Source: Pseudomonadota bacterium (lineage in GTDB: Bacteria > Desulfobacterota > Desulfobulbia > Desulfobulbales > CALZHT01). From it: a DNA stretch of 64,000 nt. A program made the translations under genes and the position numbers. The DNA is taken from the NCBI GenBank assembly GCA_018823135.1, contig JAHJJF010000070.1, forward strand, positions 8,990 through 72,989, in the 5' to 3' direction. Every line of letters starts with the position of its first letter. Position 1 is the first letter of the stretch. The notes beneath the pieces were generated by a model. It was not told the DNA's origin and did no database searches. It worked only from the letters and a program-made list of their open reading frames with translations. This document shows, piece by piece, positions 28,167 to 38,369 of the stretch.

Positions 28167-28579
28167 GGTCAGTTTGATAATCGTGTTATTTCAAGCAGGA
28201 AGTAATGCATCCCGGAGTCGGTGTTTGTGCTCCTTGAGTTGCTTGCCTGCTTGTTGTTTGTTGTGAAGTCAAAAGCGACATGGGGGATGCTCCCGTACTG
28301 ATTTTTTTTGTGAAAAGGTGTTTGTTTCTAAGTGGCTAATTAACAAGTATAAAAGATATTCGATATCGGTTCTCAGTCTAGCGTAAATTTTTTATAAAAG
28401 GGTAAGAATTTTCCGGAGGATATAAGGTTTTCTCTTTTCAATTGTTCTTGGATAGCATAAATTTAAAAAAGTAAATTTTATTAGTTCCAAATACTAGAGA
28501 ATTCTCGGAGGAGATGAAAATTTCAACATGACCTCCTCTGGGACCCCTCGTCGAAATACACTAATCAGGGAGGTTTTTC

Positions 28580-29662
28580 ATGGCGCAGATTGATGCCTTT
28601 TTTAAATTGATGAACGAGCAGGGTGCATCGGATCTTCATATGATCTCCGGTCAGCAGCCGGTTTTGCGTATCAGGGGGGATATGGAGAGGGTCAAGTATA
28701 ATACCTTGAACAGTGAAGAGCTCAAGGCAATGCTGTATGAAATCATTCCTGATGATAAGATCAAAAAATTCGAAGAAACCGGAGATCTCGATTTTGGTTA
28801 TGAAATTGCCGGACTGGCCCGTTACCGCGGCAATCTTTTTATGCAGAAATACGGGATCGGCGCTGTTTTTCGTGAGATTCCCAACAATATTCTCACCGTC
28901 CAGCAATTGGGCCTTCCCAAGGTTATTTCCACTCTTGCAGCTCTTCCCAAAGGCATGGTTCTGGTGACCGGACCAACCGGAAGTGGTAAATCAACAACAC
29001 TTGCGGCAATCATCGACGAAGTAAACCGTTCAAGAAAGCATCATATCCTCACCATTGAGGATCCCATTGAATTTGTTCACCGGAGCCAGAACTGTATTGT
29101 CAATCACCGGGAGATCGGAGCTCATACCATGAGCTTTGCCGCTGCCCTGCGCGGCGCTCTTCGTGAAGACCCCGATGTAATTCTTGTGGGCGAATTGCGT
29201 GACCTTGAAACTATTGCTCTTGCCATGGAAGCCTCAATGACCGGTCATTTGGTCTTCGGCACTCTGCATACCTTAAATGCTGCAAAAACCGTTGACCGTA
29301 TCATTGAAATTTTTCCAGCCGAGCAGCAGTCGCAGGTCCGTTCAACTTTGGCGGATGCATTAAAGGCGGTGATTTCTCAGACGCTTTTCAAGCGAGTTGA
29401 CGTAAAAGGCCGGTGTGCAGCGTTGGAGATACTCCTTTGTACCCCGGCGGTCCGAAACCTGATTCGTGAGGGCAAGACCTATCAGATTCCTTCTTCCATG
29501 CAGACAGGGAAGAAGTTCGGCATGCAGACCATGGATGATGGGATCCTGGACCTATTGAACAAAAAAATGATTTCACCTGAATCCGCATATATCCATTGTA
29601 CGGAAAAATCAAACTTTGTGAAATATCTCAAAAAACCACCAAGCGATTTTACGGATTTCTAA
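28580..29662 (+). CDS. pilT: Type IV pilus retraction ATPase PilT
   Basis: 360 aa with GASDLHM, Walker A GPTGSGKST, ILTIEDPIEF and GHLVFGTLHT. Confidence 0.92.
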   Translation: MAQIDAFFKLMNEQGASDLHMISGQQPVLRIRGDMERVKYNTLNSEELKAMLYEIIPDDKIKKFEETGDLDFGYEIAGLARYRGNLFMQKYGIGAVFREIPNNILTVQQLGLPKVISTLAALPKGMVLVTGPTGSGKSTTLAAIIDEVNRSRKHHILTIEDPIEFVHRSQNCIVNHREIGAHTMSFAAALRGALREDPDVILVGELRDLETIALAMEASMTGHLVFGTLHTLNAAKTVDRIIEIFPAEQQSQVRSTLADALKAVISQTLFKRVDVKGRCAALEILLCTPAVRNLIREGKTYQIPSSMQTGKKFGMQTMDDGILDLLNKKMISPESAYIHCTEKSNFVKYLKKPPSDFTDF

Positions 29663-29946
29663 CCCGCTTTCTTCACAGACCGCAAGGGTTGCAGATCTTC
29701 GAAACAGGTTATTCGGCTCGTTGTATATGCCAAACAACCTGAGACAGATAAATGATCCTGCGAGACTGCGAAGGTGATGCGACGATATCTGTCTGCCAGT
29801 GGCGGATATTTAACCAGAGTTGTTGGTTGCGCTATCTTTGCATGTTTATTTTACAGAACTCAGACAAATTTATCTGCGAACTGTGTAATTCAAAGACATT
29901 GATCATTGATGGTAAAGGATCCGTGGAGAATTCAAGCTCAAAGGTA

Positions 29947-32391
29947 TCAGTCTGCATCATGGATTTTTTCAACAATTAGCCCATCATCCCCGGCATTGAA
30001 CGAGACTGCGCCATTTTGAGCGGTTGTGAAAGTTGTGATTCCAAGACTTTCCAGCCGCTCTCTTACTTCAGGTGCAGGATATTTGCTCGGTTGGTTTTTC
30101 CCCGAAGATGTAATCACGTATTTCGGCGAAATTTTTTCAAAAAAAGCCAGACTGTTTGATGTCGCACTTCCATGATGCGCCGCAAGCAGGATATCTGTTT
30201 TTAAATTCGTATGATTGGCCACCAGATCATTTTCTTCATTTATTTCAATGTCACCGGGGAAAAGAAAAGAAAAATTTCCATGGGACAGCCTTAATACCAG
30301 GCTCCGGTTGTTTGGCCACTTTTTTACAGATTCTGTATTCCGGAGATGAAAGTCCGAAATGCATTGCAGGGTGGTATCTCTCGAAGAATAGAGGATTTCG
30401 CGTGGTTCAGGAATTTTTGTTGCACTTTGGTTGTGTTCGATAATTGCCAGCAGGTCATTGTAGTAGCGGTCTGTTGTTCTTTCTCCGTTGATCCATACAT
30501 TTTGCGGGTTGAATCTGTTGATTATGAAGGGCAGGCCGTTAAAATGATCAGCATGCGGGTGGGTTATGATCAGTCCATCGATGCTGGTAATTCTTTTTTT
30601 CCATAAAAAAGGGGCAATAACACTTTCTCCAACATTGAAATTTTCCGTTTGCTGCCCGCCGCCGTCGATGAGGAATATGTCGCCGCCTGGGAGTTCGAGA
30701 ACCGCCGAACTTCCTTGTCCTACATCAAGAAATGATACAATGGTGTCTGATGAAAAACGCCGTTCAATTTGATTTTTTAAAGGAACCAGGATGAGGATGG
30801 ATAGAGAAATGAAAAATGTGATTTTGGCGATTTTTCGTCTACTCCAGAGCAGGATGGATGCACATAACAAGTAATAGGATACTATTTCCATCCAGGAAGG
30901 AGTCGAAAACCAGAGGGTGTTGAGTGGTAGAGACGCCAATACTGCAATCAGCCTTTCTGCCAGATGCAAGCCAATGGCGCCGAACTTGAGGAGCAGTACT
31001 GTCATTTCCGGGAAAAACGAAGAAATGCTCAGGGCAAAAAGGCCAGGGATCAAGCCCCAGAAGCAGAGGAGTGGGGTGACGACCAGTGTTGATATCGGGC
31101 TAATCAGTGAGAAACGGTTAAAGTAAAAAATAAGCAAGGGGGCGGTTCCCAATGTGGCGGCAATTGAGACAATCAGGCTGGTTGTCGTCCATTGTTGGAG
31201 TTTCTGGACAAAGTTTGCCTTGTGTGCCGTATTTTTATTTGTATGGATGATTTTTTGAATCCGCGGGAATATGCATGAAATTGCGGTAACGGCTGCAAAT
31301 GAAAGTTGGAAGGATACGGTGTGGAGTTCAAGGGGGTTAAGAATAAGGATGATGAATGCCGCAATTGCAATATTGTTCAGCAAATCCCATTGCCGATCAA
31401 ACAACATGGCTACCAGGAAAACCGCAGACATGATCAAGGCTCGTAATACGGGGGTATTAAATCCCGCAATTAATGCATAGGCGATAAGTACCGGTATTGT
31501 CAGGATCGCCGCAATCTTCATGGTTGGCAGATGAAGAAGAATCCAGGTGGACCGCTTCATGATCCACAATAATGTTGTGGTGAAAAAAAAAGCTAAAATG
31601 CCTATATGCATTCCTGAAATGGCCAGCATGTGGATGCATCCAGCCGCTTTGAAATTTTCCAATACTTCCTGCTGGAGCGTGCCGCGGTCGCCGATGAGAA
31701 GGGCTTTGAAAAGGCTGCTGGTTTCAGGATCAAGTGACCTGTCAAGAATATTACGGTATTTCAGCCGGAGCCTTTCGCTTGCGTAATAAAGAGAGGTGAA
31801 CCGTGACTCGGATGATAATTGATGGACTTTCATGATCTGGGTGGAAGTTGAAAGCCAGCCCCTTGTAAAAATCGATTTATTTTCTAAAAACTTTTTATAA
31901 TCAAAACTTCCCGGGGTTTGATAATTTGTAATCGGCGAAAGCGTGGCCCGTGCGAGAAACTTTTCTCCCGGAATGATGTCGATGAGTTCGGTTCCCTTGA
32001 CGGTGAGCTTGACTTTTCCTGTTGTGGGTAATGTTTGCCTTGCGTCAATATATTGTTCAACCGCCATTATCAATTGGGTGTTGCCGCCTGAATGCGACGG
32101 CATTTTTAATAAGGTGCCGTAGATGGATGCATCTGCTTTTGTGGTAACCAGGTTTGCAATATGGCAGGGTTGTTGCGGAAAGGAGTAGTTAGTGCGGATT
32201 ATGCCGATGAGAAAAAACAATGCGATGGTCAGTAAATAGCAGAATTTACTGTTTTTCCTGTAATTCAGGACAGTTAGGGTGCTGATGGTTGCGATTAAGA
32301 GCAGGGCTGATGGGTTTGATGGGGGAAGGTCAAGGGCTGAAAAGGCGATTCCTGAGGCAAAGGAGATTACAATCGGAATGAGGTAGCCCAT
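29947..32391 (-). CDS. comEC: DNA internalization competence protein ComEC/Rec2
   Basis: 814-aa polytopic protein. The competence domain contains AAGCIHMLAISGMHIG and the C-terminal metallo-beta-lactamase domain contains ITHPHADHFNG. Confidence 0.9.
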   Translation of the reverse strand: MGYLIPIVISFASGIAFSALDLPPSNPSALLLIATISTLTVLNYRKNSKFCYLLTIALFFLIGIIRTNYSFPQQPCHIANLVTTKADASIYGTLLKMPSHSGGNTQLIMAVEQYIDARQTLPTTGKVKLTVKGTELIDIIPGEKFLARATLSPITNYQTPGSFDYKKFLENKSIFTRGWLSTSTQIMKVHQLSSESRFTSLYYASERLRLKYRNILDRSLDPETSSLFKALLIGDRGTLQQEVLENFKAAGCIHMLAISGMHIGILAFFFTTTLLWIMKRSTWILLHLPTMKIAAILTIPVLIAYALIAGFNTPVLRALIMSAVFLVAMLFDRQWDLLNNIAIAAFIILILNPLELHTVSFQLSFAAVTAISCIFPRIQKIIHTNKNTAHKANFVQKLQQWTTTSLIVSIAATLGTAPLLIFYFNRFSLISPISTLVVTPLLCFWGLIPGLFALSISSFFPEMTVLLLKFGAIGLHLAERLIAVLASLPLNTLWFSTPSWMEIVSYYLLCASILLWSRRKIAKITFFISLSILILVPLKNQIERRFSSDTIVSFLDVGQGSSAVLELPGGDIFLIDGGGQQTENFNVGESVIAPFLWKKRITSIDGLIITHPHADHFNGLPFIINRFNPQNVWINGERTTDRYYNDLLAIIEHNQSATKIPEPREILYSSRDTTLQCISDFHLRNTESVKKWPNNRSLVLRLSHGNFSFLFPGDIEINEENDLVANHTNLKTDILLAAHHGSATSNSLAFFEKISPKYVITSSGKNQPSKYPAPEVRERLESLGITTFTTAQNGAVSFNAGDDGLIVEKIHDAD

Positions 32392-32555
32392 GTCGACTGG
32401 TGGATTTCACCTGGTTCAGGTTTGTAAAGTAAGGGAACTCTCTTGAATATTTAATGTGAAACGTGACCCAATGGTTTCTTCAAGGGAAATCATTTGCAGG
32501 AGGTCATGAGATGTGTCCTGCAAAGAGGTATAAATGTCCGAAGAATACCTAGCTG

Positions 32556-32617
32556 CTGCGGGTCTTTTTTAAAAAAAACCCGGATAAAAGTGTTGGAAGG
32601 GACTCTTGATCCGGGTT
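32556..32617 (-). terminator. Terminator region downstream of rpoD
   Basis: AACCCGGAT...ATCCGGGTT stem (32577-32617) with an A8 tract on +, which is a U-tract on the minus strand. It overlaps a GGGTCTTTTTT/AAAAAAAACCC near-palindrome. Confidence 0.5.
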
Positions 32618-32628
32618 CTTAAAATGTA

Positions 32629-33972
32629 TTAATCAAGAAAATGTTTAAGCTTGTCTCGTCTGCTCGAATGCCGCAGTCTATTTAATGCCTTTTTCTCTAT
32701 CTGGCGAATACGTTCGCGTGATACGTTAAAACGTTTACCGATTTCTTCAAGGGTGAATTCAGCATCTTCACCGATACCGAATCGAAGCCGAATAATTTTT
32801 TCTTCTCGTGGGCTCAGTGTTGCAAGGATGCCGGTGACACGGTCGGCAAGTTCCTGGTTTTTTACGGCCTCATAAGGGGATACGGACTCCTGATTTTCAA
32901 GGAAATCACCGAGAGTGCTGTCATCATCGCCAACAGGGGTTTCAAGGGAAATCGGCTCCCTTGATGCCTCAAGAATAGCCAGGATTTTATCCATGGGAAG
33001 CCCGGTTTTTTCAGAAATCTCAATAGGAGTGGGTTCCCTTCCAAGTTCTTTAACCAGCGAGTAAAAAGCCTTGAAGAATTGGCTTCGAAGTTCCAGGAAA
33101 TGCACTGGCAGGCGGATGGTTCGGGTTTTATCAAGAATCGCACGGGTTATTGCCTGTCTGATCCACCAGCTGGCATAGGTGCTGAATTTGTTGCCTTTTG
33201 TGTAGTCGAAACGAAAGACCGCCCGCATCAGGCCGAGATTTCCTTCCTGGATAAGATCGGCCAGGCTAAGGCCCTGGTGCATGTACCGCTTTGCAATGCT
33301 GACAACGAGCCTCAGATTTGCTTTGATCATCGCATCTTTGGCCACTTCAATAGAGCGGGTGTAGAGTTCGAGTTTGTATTGCAGTTCTTTGAGTGCCTGA
33401 ATATCGGGGTACTTGTCGCGAACTTTAATAACCGACTTAATCATAAAATTAAGGTGTTGTTTTTTTGGTTTCAGGGTGGGGTCGCGTCTTTCCCAAAGGG
33501 CAATCTGGTTGACAATGATTTCAAGTTCGGGGATGCCTTGCTGGTTGATCCTGATCGAATTGATGATCGCATCGAATCCTTCGCGAATAGCTTTGCTGTA
33601 TTTTTCTTCTTCTGCAGGGGTCAGCAGGTTAAATCTTCCCATCTCCCTGAGGTAGGTTGTTGTTGTTTCTTCGACTTCCTGGACTTCAAGTTTGGAGGAC
33701 TTTGAAGATTTAACCTCAGTTAACAGTTCATCGTCATCCAGCGAAGGGTGTTGTCCTTTCTTTTCTTCCCAATCTTTCCCGTCTAATGTTTTTTTTGTGC
33801 CGGATTTATCATGACGGATAATTTCAATATTGTTTTCTGTAAGAAAATCGAAAATTTCGTCAATTGTATCCGGGTGTTCGTCGTCGGGGGTCAGATCGTT
33901 GAGAAGAGAAAGGGATATGCAACCGTGGTCTTTCCCCGCTTCAAGCAGTTTTTCTTTGATTTCAGCTGGCAC
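32629..33972 (-). CDS. rpoD: RNA polymerase sigma-70 family factor (RpoD-type, 447 aa)
   Basis: It has an acidic region-1.1-like N-terminus, YLREMGRFNLLTPAEE, DLIQEGNLGLMRAVFRFDYTKGNKFSTYASWWIRQAITRAI (region 2) and a region 4 HTH LEEIGKRFNVSRERIRQIE. Confidence 0.85.
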   Translation of the reverse strand: MPAEIKEKLLEAGKDHGCISLSLLNDLTPDDEHPDTIDEIFDFLTENNIEIIRHDKSGTKKTLDGKDWEEKKGQHPSLDDDELLTEVKSSKSSKLEVQEVEETTTTYLREMGRFNLLTPAEEEKYSKAIREGFDAIINSIRINQQGIPELEIIVNQIALWERRDPTLKPKKQHLNFMIKSVIKVRDKYPDIQALKELQYKLELYTRSIEVAKDAMIKANLRLVVSIAKRYMHQGLSLADLIQEGNLGLMRAVFRFDYTKGNKFSTYASWWIRQAITRAILDKTRTIRLPVHFLELRSQFFKAFYSLVKELGREPTPIEISEKTGLPMDKILAILEASREPISLETPVGDDDSTLGDFLENQESVSPYEAVKNQELADRVTGILATLSPREEKIIRLRFGIGEDAEFTLEEIGKRFNVSRERIRQIEKKALNRLRHSSRRDKLKHFLD

Positions 33973-34496
33973 AGAAAGGCTCCTTGGGGTAGATTAATCA
34001 GGTACCTTGTAAGGGAGAAGGTACAAAACATTTTATTTTACAAAAAAAAAAGCCAAAAAGCAATGCCAAAAAAAATGAATAATTATTTTTTACTGAATGT
34101 TATTTTTAGAAATTGTACCACTGTGGGTGATGAAAAAACGAGCGAAAATATTAAGTAATTGTTAAGTTTTTTCTAAAAATCCCTCACATCGTGCCAGACA
34201 ATCCACGTACAAATTCCTTTATAGTGAATATCCTTAGTAAAATTGAAGGGTAGTAGTTTATCATTCAGAAAACCGTCCTTTATTTTTTTAACGCCGGTTT
34301 GTTGGCGACTAAAAAAATGTCTCATTGGTTACAGAGAAAATGTATAATGGAAATGGTTTGAAAATGAAATTATTCCGATAAGCATAAATTTTTTTGTCAT
34401 AAGTGATGAAATCGTCGATAGCGAATGAAATATGACTTCGAAGAGACTGATTCCATTGAGTTGATTTCAGGTCTTCATTGTCAGTAGGAGAAATGC

Positions 34497-36008
34497 ATGA
34501 GTTTTAAACGTGGTAGTGGCATTCTGATGCACTTTTCGTCCTTGCCGGGTCCTTACGGTATAGGCGATCTGGGTAAATCCGCCTTGGACTTTATTGATTT
34601 TTTGAGAGATTGCAAGCAGCAGTACTGGCAATTTCTCCCCATCGGACCAAGCAGTCAGGTCTTTGATAGCTCACCGTATATGAGTCTTTCGGCCTTTGCG
34701 GGCAACAGCAATCTAATAAGCCCGGAGCTTCTGGTTGAAGAAGGTTATCTTGCTGAATCCGACCTGGCAAATCTTGCCAACTTTTCAGAATATTATGTTG
34801 AATTTGAACAGGTGATTTCTTTTAAGGAGTCATTGTTGAGAAAAGCTTTTAATGCATTTATCATCAGTGGAAAAAATTCCAAGTTTGAAACGTTTTGTAC
34901 CCGGACCTTATGGCTGGAAGATTATGCGTTATTCATGAGTTTACGAGAGAAATATGAAAACAAGGCCTGGTATGAATGGCCCGAAACTCTTGTCAACCGA
35001 GAAAAAGTTGCATTGGAGCTTCATAAATACCAGCTTGAAAAACAAATACTTTTTCATAAGTTCGTGCAGTTTTGTTTTTTCGATCAGTGGGCAAAAATTC
35101 GTGAGTATGCCACAGCTTCCGGGATCACTCTTATAGGAGACCTGCCGATTTACGTCGGGCTGGACAGCGCCGATGTCTGGGCTCATCAGGATTGTTTCAG
35201 GCTTGATTCCCTGAGCCATAAACCAACCCATGTTTCCGGGGTGCCGCCGGATTACTTCAGTGAGACCGGTCAGCGCTGGGGGAATCCCATATATAAATGG
35301 AAACTGGCCAAGGGCAAAAATAATGCTTCTTTATATGCCTGGTGGGTGGAAAGGTTGCGAAGTCTTTTCGAAATGGTTGATATCGCCCGGATTGATCATT
35401 TTCGGGGATTTGAGTCCTATTGGGAAATTCCCGAAGCCGAAGAAACCGCGATTAACGGACGCTGGGTCAAGGGTCCTGGGACGGAATTTTTTGATGAAAT
35501 GCTGAAACAGCTCGGTAAGGTGCCGATTATCGCCGAAGATCTGGGGATTATCACTCCGGAAGTGGAGGAGTTGCGCGATCATTACGGCTTTCCAGGCATG
35601 AAAATATTGCAGTTTGCCTTTGATTCAGATGAAAAAAACCCGTATCTGCCGCATAATTTTCAGTCTTCGAACTGCCTTGTTTACACCGGCACCCATGATA
35701 ATGATACCTGTGTGGGGTGGTATTTCAGCAATACCGTTGCACGGCAAAACAAGGAGAAAGTTCTACGCTATGCGAATTGCCATGGCACTGGTGAAATTCA
35801 TTGGGATTTTATCCGGCTGGCGCTTTCTTCCACAGCCTGTATCTCGATTATTCCTCTTCAGGATGTATTGGGTTTCGGTGGAGATTGTCGAATGAATAAG
35901 CCGAGTACTGAACATGGAAACTGGCGATGGCGATGTGGCTCGAGGTTTATTACTGATTCCGTGAAAATGCGTTTGGAAAATGAGACGGTTTTTTATGGTC
36001 GTGGTTAG
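34497..36008 (+). CDS. malQ: 4-alpha-glucanotransferase (amylomaltase)
   Basis: 503 aa with RGSGILMHFSSLPGPYGIGDLG, IGDLPIYV, IDHFRGF, AEDLG and YTGTHDNDT. Confidence 0.92.
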   Translation: MSFKRGSGILMHFSSLPGPYGIGDLGKSALDFIDFLRDCKQQYWQFLPIGPSSQVFDSSPYMSLSAFAGNSNLISPELLVEEGYLAESDLANLANFSEYYVEFEQVISFKESLLRKAFNAFIISGKNSKFETFCTRTLWLEDYALFMSLREKYENKAWYEWPETLVNREKVALELHKYQLEKQILFHKFVQFCFFDQWAKIREYATASGITLIGDLPIYVGLDSADVWAHQDCFRLDSLSHKPTHVSGVPPDYFSETGQRWGNPIYKWKLAKGKNNASLYAWWVERLRSLFEMVDIARIDHFRGFESYWEIPEAEETAINGRWVKGPGTEFFDEMLKQLGKVPIIAEDLGIITPEVEELRDHYGFPGMKILQFAFDSDEKNPYLPHNFQSSNCLVYTGTHDNDTCVGWYFSNTVARQNKEKVLRYANCHGTGEIHWDFIRLALSSTACISIIPLQDVLGFGGDCRMNKPSTEHGNWRWRCGSRFITDSVKMRLENETVFYGRG

Positions 36009-36028
36009 AATACAAAGAATAGAGGGTA

Positions 36029-36607
36029 GTGATCATGAAGGTATTGGCTATTCTGGGAAGCCCGCGCAAGGGCGGCAATTCAGAGATATTATTAAACGCC
36101 GTACTTGATGGAGTTAAAGCGCAGGGCGGCAATGCCGAAATAATCCGTTTGTCCGACCTCAGAATCAGTCCCTGCATAGGTTGCGGCGGTTGTGACAAGA
36201 CCGGAAAATGCGTGGTGGATGACGATATGCAGCCTCTGTACGATAAGATTATTGCGGCAAAGCGGATTATCCTTGCGTCTCCCATATATTTTTACGGTAT
36301 CACCGCCCAGGCAAAAGCGTTTGTCGATAGGACTCAGGCATTATGGAGCCGCAAACGATTGCTCAAGAAAAAAGGTGATTGGCTGGATGATCCGGAGCGT
36401 AAAGGGTTTCTGGTCTCGGTTGCCGCGACCAAAGGGGAGAGGGTGTTTGAGGGTGCGATACTCACCATGCGTTACGCCTATGATGCCATGGGAATGGAAT
36501 ATGGCGGTGAAATGCTGGTCAAGGGTGTGGACAGTCGCGGTGAGATGAAGAAGAATGAAAAGGTGCTTGATGAGGCTGTCCTGAAAGGCAAGGCCTTTGC
36601 TTCCTGA
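36029..36607 (+). CDS. Flavodoxin-like FMN reductase / iron-sulfur flavoprotein family
   Basis: MKVLAILGSPRKGGNSE, the Cys cluster CIGCGGCDKTGKC, and SPIYFYGITAQ. The true start may be the MKVL ATG at 36035. Confidence 0.8.
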   Translation: MIMKVLAILGSPRKGGNSEILLNAVLDGVKAQGGNAEIIRLSDLRISPCIGCGGCDKTGKCVVDDDMQPLYDKIIAAKRIILASPIYFYGITAQAKAFVDRTQALWSRKRLLKKKGDWLDDPERKGFLVSVAATKGERVFEGAILTMRYAYDAMGMEYGGEMLVKGVDSRGEMKKNEKVLDEAVLKGKAFAS

Positions 36608-36679
36608 GTGGTCGGGGTTAATTGTCTTGACAAATATCCCCGTATCATTTAGATATTGCGCTTCGTTATAATCAATGAC

Positions 36680-36754
36680 GGTCCCTTCGTCTAGTGGTTA
36701 GGACGCTGGCCTCTCACGCCGGTAACACGGGTTCGAGTCCCGTAGGGATCACCA
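36680..36754 (+). tRNA. tRNA-Glu (anticodon CTC) with encoded CCA
   Basis: I folded the cloverleaf by hand. The acceptor is GGTCCCT/AGGGATC, the anticodon arm is CTGGC-CTCTCAC-GCCGG, the variable loop has 4 nt, and the T-loop is TTCGAGT. Confidence 0.93.
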
Positions 36755-36810
36755 AATAATATTTAGCAATTCCAAATTGTTAAGCTGTTCTGCTGGGCAG
36801 GATAATCGCA

Positions 36811-36832
36811 ATTGTGACTAAGATTGTGACTA
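36811..36832 (+). repeat. Tandem direct repeat ATTGTGACTA-ag-ATTGTGACTA between tRNA-Glu and the integrase remnant
   Basis: Read directly from the sequence. The position is consistent with recombinase arm-type sites or an att remnant. Confidence 0.4.
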
Positions 36833-36850
36833 TTTTGCCCATTGTTTTTT

Positions 36851-37600
36851 CTACTCCCCAGTAAAACGGCCCTCAAATGCCAATCCGTCCTGCTTGGTAA
36901 GATTCGGAATGTAACGGCTGTAAGTTCGATAAACCATTGATGTATCCACATGGCCTAAAGTTCTTGCCACCCATCCGGGATTCTCACCCAAAGACATCGC
37001 CCAGGAAGCAAAAGTGTGTCTGGTTTCATACATGCGCCGGAAAGTTAAACCGCTTTTCTTCATTGCCAGCCGCCATACACTACTGAGATTCGTTTGATTA
37101 ACCACCTTACCGTCCATGTTCAGGAATACATATTCGCTGTTAAAATCCTTGGTCTGCGCTTTTTGTTGTTCAAGGATCTTTATGAGGGTAGGGCGCAAGT
37201 GAATCATTCTTCGGCTTGCTTCGGTCTTAAGCTCTGTCTTTTCCATGTTTCTGACCCGGCTTAGCTCGATATGGATAAATTCAGTATCAACGGCTATCCA
37301 TTTTAAAGCGACCTGCTCAGAAGGTCTTAAGCCCGTATGAACGGCAAACTGGAAATATGGCCTGTACCATTCGGTCATATTCTCAATAAGTTGATCCCAT
37401 TCATTGAAGCTAAACGGCCTTACACGGAATTTAACAGGGCGGGGCAGGTTGAGTCGGGCAAGAGGGTCTCTCAGTTCATACCAGCCGTGTTCATCAACTG
37501 CATCAAGCCAGATCACCCTTAAAGGGATCATGATGTTACGGATGGTCTTGGGGGATAAATGTTTCCCTAAACGGCTTGTTCTGGAACTTAAATAGAAGAA
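36851..37600 (-). pseudogene. 5'-truncated tyrosine recombinase (phage-type integrase) remnant
   Basis: The catalytic C-domain is intact (HTGLRPSEQ, RHTFASW, LGHVDTSMVYRTYSRY). The reading frame is open only back to a TAG at 37601-37603 (..LGKHLSPKTIRNIMIPLRV..), so the N-terminal ~150 aa expected for such integrases are absent. Confidence 0.75.
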
Positions 37601-37608
37601 CTAGGGTC

Positions 37609-37737
37609 AGGCTTGCATTATTGCGTTATTGGGTAACAGATGAGAAAAAAATCATCCATGCCGCATAGGAAAAATCATGAAAGTAGGGCTTGCTTTATCA
37701 GTGTTTCTTGGACAACGAACAATGCAATAATGCAGGC
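37609..37737. repeat. Imperfect inverted repeat flanking ~86 bp at the integrase truncation point
   Basis: GGCTTGCATTATTGCGTTATT (about 37610-37630) matches the reverse complement of GAACAATGCAATAATGCAGGC (37717-37737) at ~17/20 positions. Confidence 0.4.
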
Positions 37738-37772
37738 GGGGTGTGGGTATTCTGGCGAATAGGGGAGCGGTT

Positions 37773-38369
37773 CTAATTGACTTTATGAGATGAATTCCGC
37801 AATTCCTCTACATTCTGCAGAGAGTCGATCTGCTGATGACTTCGACTACTCTGTAAGGCATATTGGAATTCATTCTGTTGTACAAGGAGACGTTGCTCGA
37901 TTTCCTCAAGATGCATGTAACGGTTTTTGAGAATTTTTTTATTATTGACAATCAGCATATCAGTTTTGCTGAGATATGAAATCAGTTTATCCAGCTGCTG
38001 TCGCTTTCCTTTGAGTTGTTCCTGAAAAAGAGCTATTTTCTGCTGAAAAGAATCAAGATCATTTTTGAGAAGATCGCAGCGACTCAGGTTTTTTTCAAGC
38101 CTGGAGTTACTCTTGATGTAGCGAATCAAAACATCTTTTTCTCTTTCAACTTCACGAAGTTTTTGATTGCCACCGGCGACCTCTTTGAGCAATTGTTCGA
38201 TTCGCATGGCTTCTTTTCCTGACTGCCTGGCGAGCAGGAAATTATTCTCATCAACTTCATTGAGCATCAGATTGTATTTCTTGAGAAGATTTCGTGTCCG
38301 GAGGTATTGTATTGAGACAATTCCAAGCAAAGGGGATACGATAATAAGGGTAATAACTGTTATATTCAT
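37773..38369 (-). CDS. Hypothetical membrane-anchored coiled-coil protein
   Basis: 198 aa with an N-terminal TM (ITVITLIIVSPLLGIVSI) followed by a heptad-rich Q/E/K/L sequence. The gene is very AT-rich (17/60 G+C in the line at 37921). Confidence 0.55.
   Translation of the reverse strand: MNITVITLIIVSPLLGIVSIQYLRTRNLLKKYNLMLNEVDENNFLLARQSGKEAMRIEQLLKEVAGGNQKLREVEREKDVLIRYIKSNSRLEKNLSRCDLLKNDLDSFQQKIALFQEQLKGKRQQLDKLISYLSKTDMLIVNNKKILKNRYMHLEEIEQRLLVQQNEFQYALQSSRSHQQIDSLQNVEELRNSSHKVN

Noticed and set aside
29752-29979. 75-aa Cys-containing ORF between pilT and comEC
   Set aside because: It overlaps the comEC 3' end on the opposite strand and has no RBS or recognisable fold. It lies in a convergent-terminator region.
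33079-33705. 208-aa ORF antisense to rpoD. Similar antisense ORFs occur at 15121-15765 (in the EF-G gene), 13826-14233 (purM), 3287-3724 (octaheme cytochrome) and 54503-54955 (GT9-like gene).
   Set aside because: All are embedded opposite well-supported genes and lack motifs or RBSs. I treat them as shadow ORFs.
37516-37533. AGGGATCA shared with the tRNA-Glu 3' end, considered as a candidate att direct repeat
   Set aside because: It is only an 8-mer, lies inside the integrase coding remnant, and is well within chance expectation.
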